A DNA stretch of 64,000 bases from Candidatus Hydrogenedentota bacterium (GTDB taxonomy: Bacteria; Hydrogenedentota; Hydrogenedentia; Hydrogenedentales; SLHB01): contig CAXXYE010000009.1 of NCBI GenBank assembly GCA_963674865.2, positions 1,408,001 through 1,472,000 of the forward strand, in the 5' to 3' direction. The first letter of the stretch is position 1, and each line of letters starts with the position of its first letter. Below the pieces are notes generated by a model. The model was given only the letters and a program-made list of their open reading frames with translations, was not told where the DNA came from and did not search any database. A program made the translations under genes and the position numbers. This document shows, piece by piece, positions 49,268 through 58,133 of the stretch.

Positions 49268-49870
49268 CTAAGGGTGTTTCCGCGCAAGGGCGATGTAGCG
49301 ATCGGGGCGATCCACCATCTCAAGGGGGACTAGAGCTGCATTGCGGAGAAGTGCCACCATCTCTGTGTTATCGGGCAGGATGTGGCCGCCGACAACATGG
49401 CCCACGGACTGGTGGAAGTCGTTAATCGCTTGGCGGCTTTCCGTGTGACAGACGAGCAGGCGGCCGCCGGGCTTCAGGCATGCGGCCAATTCGAGCAACG
49501 CGTGCTGCTGATCGGCGAAGTGGGGGAAGCAGCTATTGCAGATGACCCAGTCGAAGTATGGCCCCACGATGGGGCAGTCCATGACGTCGGCTTGGAGGCA
49601 GGCGATAGGAACGCCCTTGGCCTTGGCGCGCGCTTCATCGAGCATGCCCGCGGCGAGGTCTACGGCGACGACAAGTCCATTGGGGCCGATGCGCGGGGCA
49701 AGGATCGGGAACAAGACGCCCGTGCCGGTGCCCACGTCGAGGAGACGTGCGCCTGCGGCGATATCGAGGTCGGCGATAATGCTCTGAAGCCGCTCGACGG
49801 AGACGCGTGATACGTCGGTATCCCATATCGAGGCGCGTTCATCGAAAAACGCGCGGATCGCCTTATTCAT
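49268..49870 (-). CDS. Class I SAM-dependent methyltransferase
   Basis: FFDERASIWD, LLDVGTGTG, FPHF, LKPGG; ATGA overlap with the permease stop. Confidence 0.9.
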   Translation of the reverse strand: MNKAIRAFFDERASIWDTDVSRVSVERLQSIIADLDIAAGARLLDVGTGTGVLFPILAPRIGPNGLVVAVDLAAGMLDEARAKAKGVPIACLQADVMDCPIVGPYFDWVICNSCFPHFADQQHALLELAACLKPGGRLLVCHTESRQAINDFHQSVGHVVGGHILPDNTEMVALLRNAALVPLEMVDRPDRYIALARKHP

Positions 49871-50706
49871 TTCGCGGCGCGGGGGGCATTCCATCGCTTT
49901 ATTTTCCGTTTGGGCGAGAAAATGGTGGTGAGGCCGAAGATGGCGGACGAAGTGATCACAATGGCTGCGCCGGCCGGCAGGTCGCCCAGGTAAGATGCGG
50001 CAAGGCCGGCCCAGCAAGACAACACGCCAAAGCCGGCCGCGAGCAAGATCGTTTTCTTCAGACTGTAAGTCAATTGCAGGGCGGCGGCGGCCGGATTCAA
50101 TACGAGGCTGTAGATGAGCAATCCGCCGATGCTCGCGAGCGACACGGCGATGGTAACACCTGTGGCGAAGAGCATGCCGTAGAAGACCAAAGTGGCCGGG
50201 ATGCCCACGGCCATGGCCACGTGGCGATGGCAAATCACCGCCTGTACCTCTTTGAAGAACACAAGAACCAATCCTACGACCACTGCCGTGGCGAGCAGCA
50301 TGAATACCAGATCCTGTCGGCTTATCGTGAGTATGCTTCCCCAGAACAGGCTCAAGGCATCGGTGCGGGAGCCCGGCGTGAGTCCTATGAAGAGGAAGGC
50401 TAGGCCGAGCATGAATGAAAAGATGATTCCCGTGGCGCTGTCGGGACTCAGCTCGCCGCGGTCGGCCAGTGGGCCGATGAAGGCCGCCGCGCCAAGGCTG
50501 AAGATCAGGGCGCCCAGTAGGGGGTCGAAATGGAGCAGGACACCTAACAGTGCTCCCGCGAACGCGGCGTGGGCAATACACACGCCCAGAAACGAGAGGT
50601 GCGTCGTGACGACGAACACGCCTACCACGGCGCACATCACCCCTGCGCACACGCCCGCAAGGAGCGCGTTTTGCATGTATGTGTGCTGAAAAACGCCCCA
50701 ATCCAT
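49867..50706 (-). CDS. Metal (Zn/Mn-type) ABC transporter permease
   Basis: GVFVV..LSF.G..IAHAAFAG, LFWGSIL, IGGLLI, PAAAA. Confidence 0.9.
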   Translation of the reverse strand: MDWGVFQHTYMQNALLAGVCAGVMCAVVGVFVVTTHLSFLGVCIAHAAFAGALLGVLLHFDPLLGALIFSLGAAAFIGPLADRGELSPDSATGIIFSFMLGLAFLFIGLTPGSRTDALSLFWGSILTISRQDLVFMLLATAVVVGLVLVFFKEVQAVICHRHVAMAVGIPATLVFYGMLFATGVTIAVSLASIGGLLIYSLVLNPAAAALQLTYSLKKTILLAAGFGVLSCWAGLAASYLGDLPAGAAIVITSSAIFGLTTIFSPKRKIKRWNAPRAAK

Positions 50707-50715
50707 GATTGATAT

Positions 50716-50749
50716 GGCCGGGTGGGCGCATTGCGGCGGCCACCCGGCC
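50716..50749 (-). terminator. GC-rich hairpin between the encapsulin and the permease (terminator or processing stem; no U-tract)
   Basis: GGCCGGGTGG 50716-50725 pairs with CCACCCGGCC 50740-50749. Confidence 0.45.
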
Positions 50750-50773
50750 CCAACTTTCCAAGCGTTGTCCGTG

Positions 50774-51589
50774 CTACTTGGCGGCCCGCATGGTAAGGGC
50801 CACGGCCGCGGCAGGTTCGAGAACGCGGAAGGCCAGCGTCTCGGAGAAGTAGAGGTTCACGGCGTCGGCGGCATGGCCGTCGTAGCCGATGGAGAGGTCT
50901 TGGCCCACGGTGAGCTCGAAGTCGCCGCCTCGCGTGGACAGGAGGACGCCTCCGTCGAGCACCGGGCTCCATACGATGGGGCCCTGGACAACGCGGGCGA
51001 GGACATCGCCCAACGTGTGGCCCGAGCGCGTGATCTGATTGAGCGCTTCATGGGCCGTTCCGCCCAAGACGAGGGCGTACGGGCCGCCCACGCCCGCCGC
51101 GCGCAACACCTGCCGCGCCTGGCCGACGGCCTGGGCGTAACGCTCGAGGTCACTGACAAGGGCAACCGGTTTGCTAGTCGCCGCGGACAATACGCCTTCG
51201 AGTCCGGCCGCAGGAACTCCTTTGTATACGGCCTCCTCTTCGAATGCGGCAATCTTGCGCGCCGCCGCCTCGAGAGGGGCCAGATCGGCATCCTTGGCGC
51301 CACGGCTTAGATCTTGCAGCTCGGCCAGTTTCAATGAGAAAGGCACGCGCACCTCGACGAGGGGCAGGACATCGCGAACGCCCCACGTCAGGTCCTTGGC
51401 CTGGCCTTTCTTCGATGCGGTCAGGCGTCCCAGATTGATGGCGCCGATATCCCAGCCAAGTGGGCCTGTGAAGTCGACTACGCCGCGGGCTGACAATAGC
51501 GGAGTGAGGGCGCGCTTGGCCACCTCATCGATTTCTGCCCACGCTTCGTCAGTGATAGGAGCTTGTGAACGTCGCAACATGTCAGCCAT
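50774..51589 (-). CDS. Family 1 encapsulin nanocompartment shell protein
   Basis: LRRSQAPITDEAWAEID, VDFTGPLG, PLVEVRVPF, RGAKD.DL, GPYALVL, RGGDFELTVGQDLSIGY. Confidence 0.95.
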   Translation of the reverse strand: MADMLRRSQAPITDEAWAEIDEVAKRALTPLLSARGVVDFTGPLGWDIGAINLGRLTASKKGQAKDLTWGVRDVLPLVEVRVPFSLKLAELQDLSRGAKDADLAPLEAAARKIAAFEEEAVYKGVPAAGLEGVLSAATSKPVALVSDLERYAQAVGQARQVLRAAGVGGPYALVLGGTAHEALNQITRSGHTLGDVLARVVQGPIVWSPVLDGGVLLSTRGGDFELTVGQDLSIGYDGHAADAVNLYFSETLAFRVLEPAAAVALTMRAAK

Positions 51590-51592
51590 GAC

Positions 51593-51961
51593 CTATTCTC
51601 CTTTCTTGAGTGAGCCGATGCCGAGGCTTCCCGTAGCGCCGCCGCCGTTCTCGCCGGCCTCGCCCCCGCCGCCTTCCTCGATCATGGTGATCGGCCCTGA
51701 CGTGAAGAGGTACGTACGCAACTGCTCATCGAATTGCGGCATCTGGCGGCGCAGCCATTCCAGGGCCATACTTGCGTGTTCGATTTCTTCGTCGCGGTTG
51801 TGCTCGACGATGCTTTTGAGTTCGGCGTCCGGCGTTACATCGGCCCGCTGGTTGTACCAGTCGACGGCCTCCAGCTCTTCGATGAGGCTGGTAAGTGCGC
51901 GATGAATGTCCCGGGCCTGTGCGGACAATTCATCGGTGGGTTCGTGATAGGTCGTAGCCAT
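51593..51961 (-). CDS. Encapsulated ferritin-like protein (EncFtn/Flp) with cargo-loading peptide
   Basis: HRALTSLIEELEAVDWYNQR, HNRDEEIEH..M.LEWLRR, C-terminal GSLGIGSLK. Confidence 0.95.
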   Translation of the reverse strand: MATTYHEPTDELSAQARDIHRALTSLIEELEAVDWYNQRADVTPDAELKSIVEHNRDEEIEHASMALEWLRRQMPQFDEQLRTYLFTSGPITMIEEGGGGEAGENGGGATGSLGIGSLKKGE

Positions 51962-52064
51962 GAGGTGGCCTCCTTCTCGAGTTGGTTCGTATTGAAGAGT
52001 GCTGATTATACACGGTGCCCAACCCACCCCTGCAACACCAAGTGGGCATTGAATGTTCCGAGTG

Positions 52065-52829
52065 CTACGCTCGGGCGGCGCGAGGTCCGGAAGTCCTGCC
52101 GCCATTGTAGAGCTGCTCAAGGAGACGGGGCTCTAACATGTCGTCTCGGGAGCCTTGGCGCCATATGCGGCCGTCCTTCATGAGTATGAGCCGCTGGCAG
52201 GCCTCGGGCAGGGTGGCGAGATCATGGGTTACATAAAGTGTCGTGACGCGACGCTCGCGGTGTACGCGTTGAACGATGTCGAGAATGTCGCGCTGTGCCT
52301 GAGGATCGATGGAGGCAGTGGGCTCGTCGAAAAGGAACATCGCCGGCTGCTGCACGAGGGCTCGTGCAATGGCGACGCGCTGATACTCGCCGCCGGACAG
52401 GTGTCCGACGGGCCTGTCGGCCAAGTGGCCGGCGCCAACGAGTTCAAGGGCTTCGTCAACGCTGTCCTTATCCGCATCTGTCGGGCGCCGCAACCACCCA
52501 AGTCGGCCGTAAGCGCCCACCATCACCGTCTCACGCACCATGATGGGGAGGCGGGGGTCGACATGTTCGACTTGGGCGACGTATCCGATGCGTTTGCGGA
52601 GGAGATATCCTTGGCCTCGGTGTGGTTCGAAGCCCAGTACGCGGACGCGGCCGTGGACGAGCCGGCTCAAGCCGTTGACAACCGTCAGCAGCGTGGTCTT
52701 CCCCGCGCCGTTCGGGCCGATAATCCCTACGAACTCGCCTTCGTTGACGGCCAGCGACACGCCTTCGAGGGCCGTGTCCTCACGGTAGGCGACCACGGCG
52801 TCCTCAATGAGGATGGCCGGCTCATTCAT
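52065..52829 (-). CDS. Metal ABC transporter ATP-binding protein
   Basis: GPNGAGKTT, LSGGEYQRV, DEPT, VTHD. Confidence 0.92.
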   Translation of the reverse strand: MNEPAILIEDAVVAYREDTALEGVSLAVNEGEFVGIIGPNGAGKTTLLTVVNGLSRLVHGRVRVLGFEPHRGQGYLLRKRIGYVAQVEHVDPRLPIMVRETVMVGAYGRLGWLRRPTDADKDSVDEALELVGAGHLADRPVGHLSGGEYQRVAIARALVQQPAMFLFDEPTASIDPQAQRDILDIVQRVHRERRVTTLYVTHDLATLPEACQRLILMKDGRIWRQGSRDDMLEPRLLEQLYNGGRTSGPRAARA

Positions 52830-53670
52830 GACTTGCCTTCCATTGCCCCGCCGCGTCGAGGAGAATGTCTACGTTCTTCTGGAGGGCCTCGTCCCAACTC
52901 TCCGTGTTCTCGAATCCCCCGGGGAAGTTGGAAAGGACAATCGGCACGGCCGCGCAGTCCTCCGCAATGGCCTCACCGACCTTGATGCCTCCGCTTTGGA
53001 GGTTGTCGACGATCAGCGATGCTTTGTCCTCATTGGCCTGCCGAATCAGATGTTCGACATCGGAGGCACTCATGCCCTCGGGGCGGCCGAATGTGGCTAC
53101 CACGTTGAATCCGGCCCATTTCAGGAAGTCCGCCTGCATATCGTTGGCGATGACGCTTATGCCCACGGCGCGGGCGTCCACTATCTGCTTCTTGATCTGC
53201 CGGCCCAAAGCGAGTACCTCTTGAATCCGTTCATCCAAATGCTCGCGATAATCCGCGCCGGAAGTCCCCTGAATCTCGCTCAGAACGAGGGCGGTGGCGG
53301 CAAGCGCTTGCGCATAGACCTCCGGGATCATCCAACTGCCCTCGACGGGGATGGCCGCCACCCGCTCCCCGGAGATGTCCGCCGCCTTGATGACGTTCTC
53401 AACGCTCGCCATCCCCTGCTGCCAGTCATGGATAATGAAGGCCTTGCTTCGGGCAACGGCATCCACGTCGCTTGGCTTCATGTCGAAATGCCCGGGACAC
53501 ATGCCCGGGGGAATCAGCGTACGCACGGGGCGTCCCGAGTCCGTGATGTCGGCGATCGCGCCCTGGATCAAGCTGCTTCCAGCGACAATGTCTCCCCCAT
53601 GGCGCTCGCAGGAGGTCATGGCGGCCGTCAAGAAAACGGCCAAGCAAAGAAATATGTAGTTCTTCTTCAT
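52822..53670 (-). CDS. Metal ABC transporter substrate-binding lipoprotein (cluster A-I-like, atypical ligands)
   Basis: Lipobox MTSC; LIPPGMCPGHFDMKPSD; overlaps the ATPase start. Confidence 0.8.
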   Translation of the reverse strand: MKKNYIFLCLAVFLTAAMTSCERHGGDIVAGSSLIQGAIADITDSGRPVRTLIPPGMCPGHFDMKPSDVDAVARSKAFIIHDWQQGMASVENVIKAADISGERVAAIPVEGSWMIPEVYAQALAATALVLSEIQGTSGADYREHLDERIQEVLALGRQIKKQIVDARAVGISVIANDMQADFLKWAGFNVVATFGRPEGMSASDVEHLIRQANEDKASLIVDNLQSGGIKVGEAIAEDCAAVPIVLSNFPGGFENTESWDEALQKNVDILLDAAGQWKASHE

Positions 53671-54002
53671 CCTCTGCCTATCCGTAAGGCCCAATGCAGC
53701 ACAGAGTGCGTCCCCCGTCCGGACCTCTTGACGGTACTACGCACGCGGCACCCGAAAACGCCGCCGGCGTTCGGACAAGGTGTGAGTCTACTCCGAAGAC
53801 GAGGCAGTTTCCAGGCGTGGGCGTTGAGCGTTGAAACACTCCCCGTGTTCTCTTGATTTCCTTTTGTTGGAAGGCATTGTGCGTGGCCCAAGAGAGGGCG
53901 CACGCGGGAGTCCCGGTTGCATTGGGCGGTGGTGTTGACGATACTTGTTGCCTGGCCCAAGATTGTGGCTGCCTAGACGCATATCGGAGGTTAAGCGAAG
54001 CA

Positions 54003-55901
54003 ATGGCCAAGATTGCCTATTTCACCCAGGATATTGAGCAAGAACTGCACGAGGCGTTACGTGTTCTCGCGGAGGAGTACCCGCTTGTCGAGGAGCGAGG
54101 CGGCGACGTGCACGTCCGATTTCGTGCCTCCGGTCAAGATGGCCATGGATATGCCATTCGACGCGAAGGAAACGAGTTCGTGGTCGAATACGCGGGCCTG
54201 CCGGGCGCCTTACGCGCCGTGGGAACGCTCCTCGGACTTGGCTCGGAAGCCGGGGAATCGGCGGAGCGCACCGAGTTCCGAACCTTCGGGATTATGCTGG
54301 ATTGCTCGAGGAATGCGGTGATGAAGGTGAGCCATTTCAAAGGATGGCTTCGGAAACTGGCCTTACTCGGCTACAACATGGCCATGCTCTATACGGAGGA
54401 CACCTACAAGGTCGAAGGGGAGCCGTACTTCGGCTATCAGCGGGGCGCCTACACGGCGGAAGAGCTGCGCGAGATGGACGCCTACGCGCGGCGCCTTGGG
54501 ATCGAGATGATCGCGTGCATCCAAACGCTGGGCCACTTGGCCCAGGTGCTCAAGTGGGACGCTTACGCCGATATACGGGACACAGAGGGCATCCTTCTTG
54601 TCGGTGAGGACAAGACCTACGAGCTCTTGGACAAGATCATGCGGCACTGGACGGATGTCTTCACAACACGCCGGATCCACGTGGGCATGGATGAAGCGCA
54701 CGAGCTGGGCCGGGGGCGTTATCTGGATCGGTTCGGATACCGCGACGGCTTCACCATATTCAACGAGCACCTCAAGCGGGTCGTGGAAATCTGCGGAAAG
54801 CATGGCCTCAAGCCCATGATTTGGTCCGACATGTATTTCCGACTCGGGAGCAAGACCGGGACGTACTACGACACTTCTGCCGTGATTCCCGATGAGATCA
54901 AGGCGAAGATTCCCAAGGAAGCGGAACTCGTCTACTGGGATTACTATCACGATGACGATAAGTTCTACAGGGACTTCATCGAAATGCACCGCGCACTAGG
55001 CTTTGAGCCCATTATGGGTTCCGGTGTGTGGACCTGGCACGCCCTCTGGCATGGCGCCAACTACACCGAAGCCAAGGCGGGGGCCTGCGTTCGCGCCTGT
55101 CAAGAGGCCGGACTCAAGGAAATCTTTTTCACCATGTGGGGTGACGACGGCGCCTTGTGCGACTACGACTCGGCAATGCAAGGTCTGGCCTACGTGGCTG
55201 AACTGGCGTACGGCGGCGAGATCGATGAGAGCCGCATCGCATCGCGTTTCGCCGCCGTGTGCCACGGCGACTACCAGGCCAGCCGGCTCGCGGGCGAGTT
55301 GGACTTTTTTGATGCGCCCGAGGATCGGGCGCGCGGGACGGACCTTCCCGTATGGGCGTGGCCGGTGCTCTGGGACGACCCGCTGCTGGGCCTGTTCTGG
55401 ACAAGCAAGAAGACGCCCGAGCGAGATGTTTGGGGACTTGCCGTTGAGCGCTTCCGCGACTTGGCCGACAGGCTGCGCCCCTGGGCCGAGAATCCGGGCG
55501 ACAGGGCCGCGGGAGATCTCAGGCATATCGCTCTACTTGCGGAGATCTTGGCTAGGAAGGCGGCGATGCGCTACGACCTGGAGAAGGCGTACGCGACGCG
55601 TGATAAGGAGGGCCTCGCGCGGATTGCCAAGCAGGTGCCCGGCTTGGTTACGCTGCTGCGGCAGCTCGACGGGTCGTATCGTGAGCAGTGGCTGCGGCGA
55701 AACAAGCCTTTTGGGCTCGAAGTGCCGCAGATCCGCATCGCAGGCTTGATCCGGCGCTTTGAGGAACTCGCGGCGCGTATCGGCGCCCTCGTTGCCGGAA
55801 AGATTGACCGCATCGACGAGCTGGACGATGTGCCCGAGAAGCCCGTCGGCGTGAGACCGAAATACCGTACGCTGGCCACGGCCTGCCACCCGGGGCCGTA
55901 A
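54003..55901 (+). CDS. GH20 family beta-N-acetylhexosaminidase-like protein
   Basis: MLDCSRNAV, LYTEDTY, IQTLGHL, HVGMDEA, IWSDM, WGDDG. Confidence 0.9.
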   Translation: MAKIAYFTQDIEQELHEALRVLAEEYPLVEERGGDVHVRFRASGQDGHGYAIRREGNEFVVEYAGLPGALRAVGTLLGLGSEAGESAERTEFRTFGIMLDCSRNAVMKVSHFKGWLRKLALLGYNMAMLYTEDTYKVEGEPYFGYQRGAYTAEELREMDAYARRLGIEMIACIQTLGHLAQVLKWDAYADIRDTEGILLVGEDKTYELLDKIMRHWTDVFTTRRIHVGMDEAHELGRGRYLDRFGYRDGFTIFNEHLKRVVEICGKHGLKPMIWSDMYFRLGSKTGTYYDTSAVIPDEIKAKIPKEAELVYWDYYHDDDKFYRDFIEMHRALGFEPIMGSGVWTWHALWHGANYTEAKAGACVRACQEAGLKEIFFTMWGDDGALCDYDSAMQGLAYVAELAYGGEIDESRIASRFAAVCHGDYQASRLAGELDFFDAPEDRARGTDLPVWAWPVLWDDPLLGLFWTSKKTPERDVWGLAVERFRDLADRLRPWAENPGDRAAGDLRHIALLAEILARKAAMRYDLEKAYATRDKEGLARIAKQVPGLVTLLRQLDGSYREQWLRRNKPFGLEVPQIRIAGLIRRFEELAARIGALVAGKIDRIDELDDVPEKPVGVRPKYRTLATACHPGP

Positions 55902-55904
55902 CGC

Positions 55905-58019
55905 GTGGGGGCGCGAGACACCGGCCCGGTCGAGGTGACGGGCCACGTACGGGAGGTCGTCTCGGGACACGGCCTCGGCGGCGTGGCCGTATCCAATGGT
56001 GAGGCCATTGTTGTTACCGACGCCGACGGCCGATACCGCCTTTCCATAGAGCCGGCCGTCCACCGGTTTGTTTTCCTCACGGTTCCGGATGCCTTTCATC
56101 CGGAGGGGATCTTCTATTTGCCCACCGATGGGACGCGTTCTCACGACGGCTTCGACTTTGCCCTGGCTCCCGCGCCGGAGCGCAGCGGCGCTGAGTTCAC
56201 CTTAGCGCACATTACTGACACCCATGTCGTCGCGAAGGACGATGGTCGGCTGGGTAGTCGGGAGAAGCTTACCGAGGATCTGCGGACGCTCGTCGCGCAC
56301 GCTCAGCCGGACTTCATTATCGCCAGCGGGGATCAGACGAACATCGGCGCGGTGGCGGAACTTGAGGCCTATACCGGAGCGCTGGCCGGCATCGCGACGC
56401 CGGTGTTCACCCTGTTTGCCGGCCACGATGGTAACGCCGAGCGCTTCGCCGCGTGGGAGGCGGGGCGGTCGGGTGAAACCTACACAAGAAACTTCGAGCG
56501 TATCCTCGGGCCGACGTACTACAGCTTCGACTGGGGCGGCTGGCACTTCGTGCTGTATCAGAACGAGGACTTCTTCTACTCCGAGGTCGAGCAAGCACAC
56601 AAGGCCAGTTGGCTGGCTGCCGACCTCGCGCTGCAGCCTGCCGACAAACCCATCGCCATCGTGCTCCATGAGCCTCCCGCCCGGGAACTCCTGGAACAGT
56701 TTGCCCGTCACGGCGCGCGCCTGCTCCTGCATGGGCATTGGCACTCGAGCAAGGTCTTCTCCTACGGGGAGATGGCCGTGGCTTCAGTGCCTTCGCTCTC
56801 GTTCGGCGCCATCGACACTATACCGCGCGGATACCGCCTGTTTCGCTTCGACAACGGCCGCTTCGAGATGGCCCTCAAGACGCTGCCGACACTGGCGGCG
56901 CCGGTGGCCACGACGGTGCCGGGGCTTCAGGAGGGCTCCGAGGACCTCGTTGAGAAGTGGCGCGCGCTCCTACCTAAAGGTCTTCATCGAGCCGCGCCGG
57001 TGGTTTTCGAGGATATGATCCTGGTTGGCTTGGGGGATGAGGAGAATGATGGAAGGGCCGGTGTCTACGGTATCGACGCAGCCACAGGCGCGATCCGTTG
57101 GCACTGCCAAACGGACGCATCGGTCAAGAACAGCGTTGCCGTGGGCGACGCGCCGAACGCGTGCTGCACTGCCGTCTCGATCACCGGCAGTGTGTTTTTG
57201 ATCGACCCGGCCACCGGGGGCCTGATCTGGAGCAAGGATCTTCCTGGACATCCGTTGCGCTGGCTCTACACGTCGCCGGTAGTGGCCGACGGCGTCGTAT
57301 ATGCCGGGGGCAAATCCGGTTACGGCGCTTACGATTGCGCAACGGCCAACGAGCTTTGGTATACGGAATTGGAGTGGCGCGACGACTGGTCGTGCTATGC
57401 CAGCCCCATGGTGTACGAGGAGCTCTTGATTGTCTTCGAGTCCCGGCGCGGCCTGCTGGCGCTGGATAGGGCGACGGGAACCATTGTGTGGGAGAACAAG
57501 CTCGCCGTGGATTACCAGTGGGCTTCCCCGATACTTGTTGATGGGACGATTGTAACGGGTGGCGACCCCGGCCAACTCGTCGGACTCGACGCGGTGACGG
57601 GAAAGCTATTGTGGACGCGTTCTCTCGACGCGGCGCCGTATCCGACGGGCATCGCGTCGGCAGGAAACCGCCTGTTCGTGGGCACGGGATCCGGCGAGGT
57701 GTTGTGCTTTGATGATGGCGACGATGCGCCGCTGTGGCGGTTCCGCGTGACGGACGACCTTCTGGACATGACGCCCTACGCGCGGGGAATCCGCTCTGTA
57801 TTGGCCCGGCCGGTTCCCTTCGGCGACCTTGTCGTGGCACCGGCGTGCGACGGGCGTGTCTATCTCCTTAAGCAAAGCACGGGCCGCGTCCATGCGTGTG
57901 TGAGCTTCGATGGGCCCGTCAGCGCGCCCGTGTGCGCGACGCCGGACGGCTTCATCGTCGGCACGTACCGGGGCGAACTGCGCGCCTACGTGTTCCGAGA
58001 CAAGGGAATGCCGCAATAG
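55905..58019 (+). CDS. Calcineurin-like metallophosphoesterase fused to a PQQ-like beta-propeller
   Basis: GVAVSNG..VVTDADG, HITDTH, SGD, GHD, HEP, HGHWH; repeated D..TG...W propeller blades. Confidence 0.82.
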   Translation: MGARDTGPVEVTGHVREVVSGHGLGGVAVSNGEAIVVTDADGRYRLSIEPAVHRFVFLTVPDAFHPEGIFYLPTDGTRSHDGFDFALAPAPERSGAEFTLAHITDTHVVAKDDGRLGSREKLTEDLRTLVAHAQPDFIIASGDQTNIGAVAELEAYTGALAGIATPVFTLFAGHDGNAERFAAWEAGRSGETYTRNFERILGPTYYSFDWGGWHFVLYQNEDFFYSEVEQAHKASWLAADLALQPADKPIAIVLHEPPARELLEQFARHGARLLLHGHWHSSKVFSYGEMAVASVPSLSFGAIDTIPRGYRLFRFDNGRFEMALKTLPTLAAPVATTVPGLQEGSEDLVEKWRALLPKGLHRAAPVVFEDMILVGLGDEENDGRAGVYGIDAATGAIRWHCQTDASVKNSVAVGDAPNACCTAVSITGSVFLIDPATGGLIWSKDLPGHPLRWLYTSPVVADGVVYAGGKSGYGAYDCATANELWYTELEWRDDWSCYASPMVYEELLIVFESRRGLLALDRATGTIVWENKLAVDYQWASPILVDGTIVTGGDPGQLVGLDAVTGKLLWTRSLDAAPYPTGIASAGNRLFVGTGSGEVLCFDDGDDAPLWRFRVTDDLLDMTPYARGIRSVLARPVPFGDLVVAPACDGRVYLLKQSTGRVHACVSFDGPVSAPVCATPDGFIVGTYRGELRAYVFRDKGMPQ

Positions 58020-58133
58020 GCCGCCTGTTGGCCGCTGGCCGGTTGCGCCTAGGAATGGGGCCGCGTATGATCGCGCGCCGTTGCCCAACCGCGGGCTCCC
58101 TCCGGTGAAACATGAATCTTAGGAGTGCAACAG

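Noticed and set aside
49268..50761. 497-aa ORF suggesting a long methyltransferase fusion
   Set aside because: The N-terminal ~300 residues are an off-frame overlap of the permease; the real start is ATG at 49870
50774..51589. Prophage major capsid protein or linocin bacteriocin
   Set aside because: No terminase, portal or tail genes are present; the adjacent cargo with a targeting peptide identifies an encapsulin
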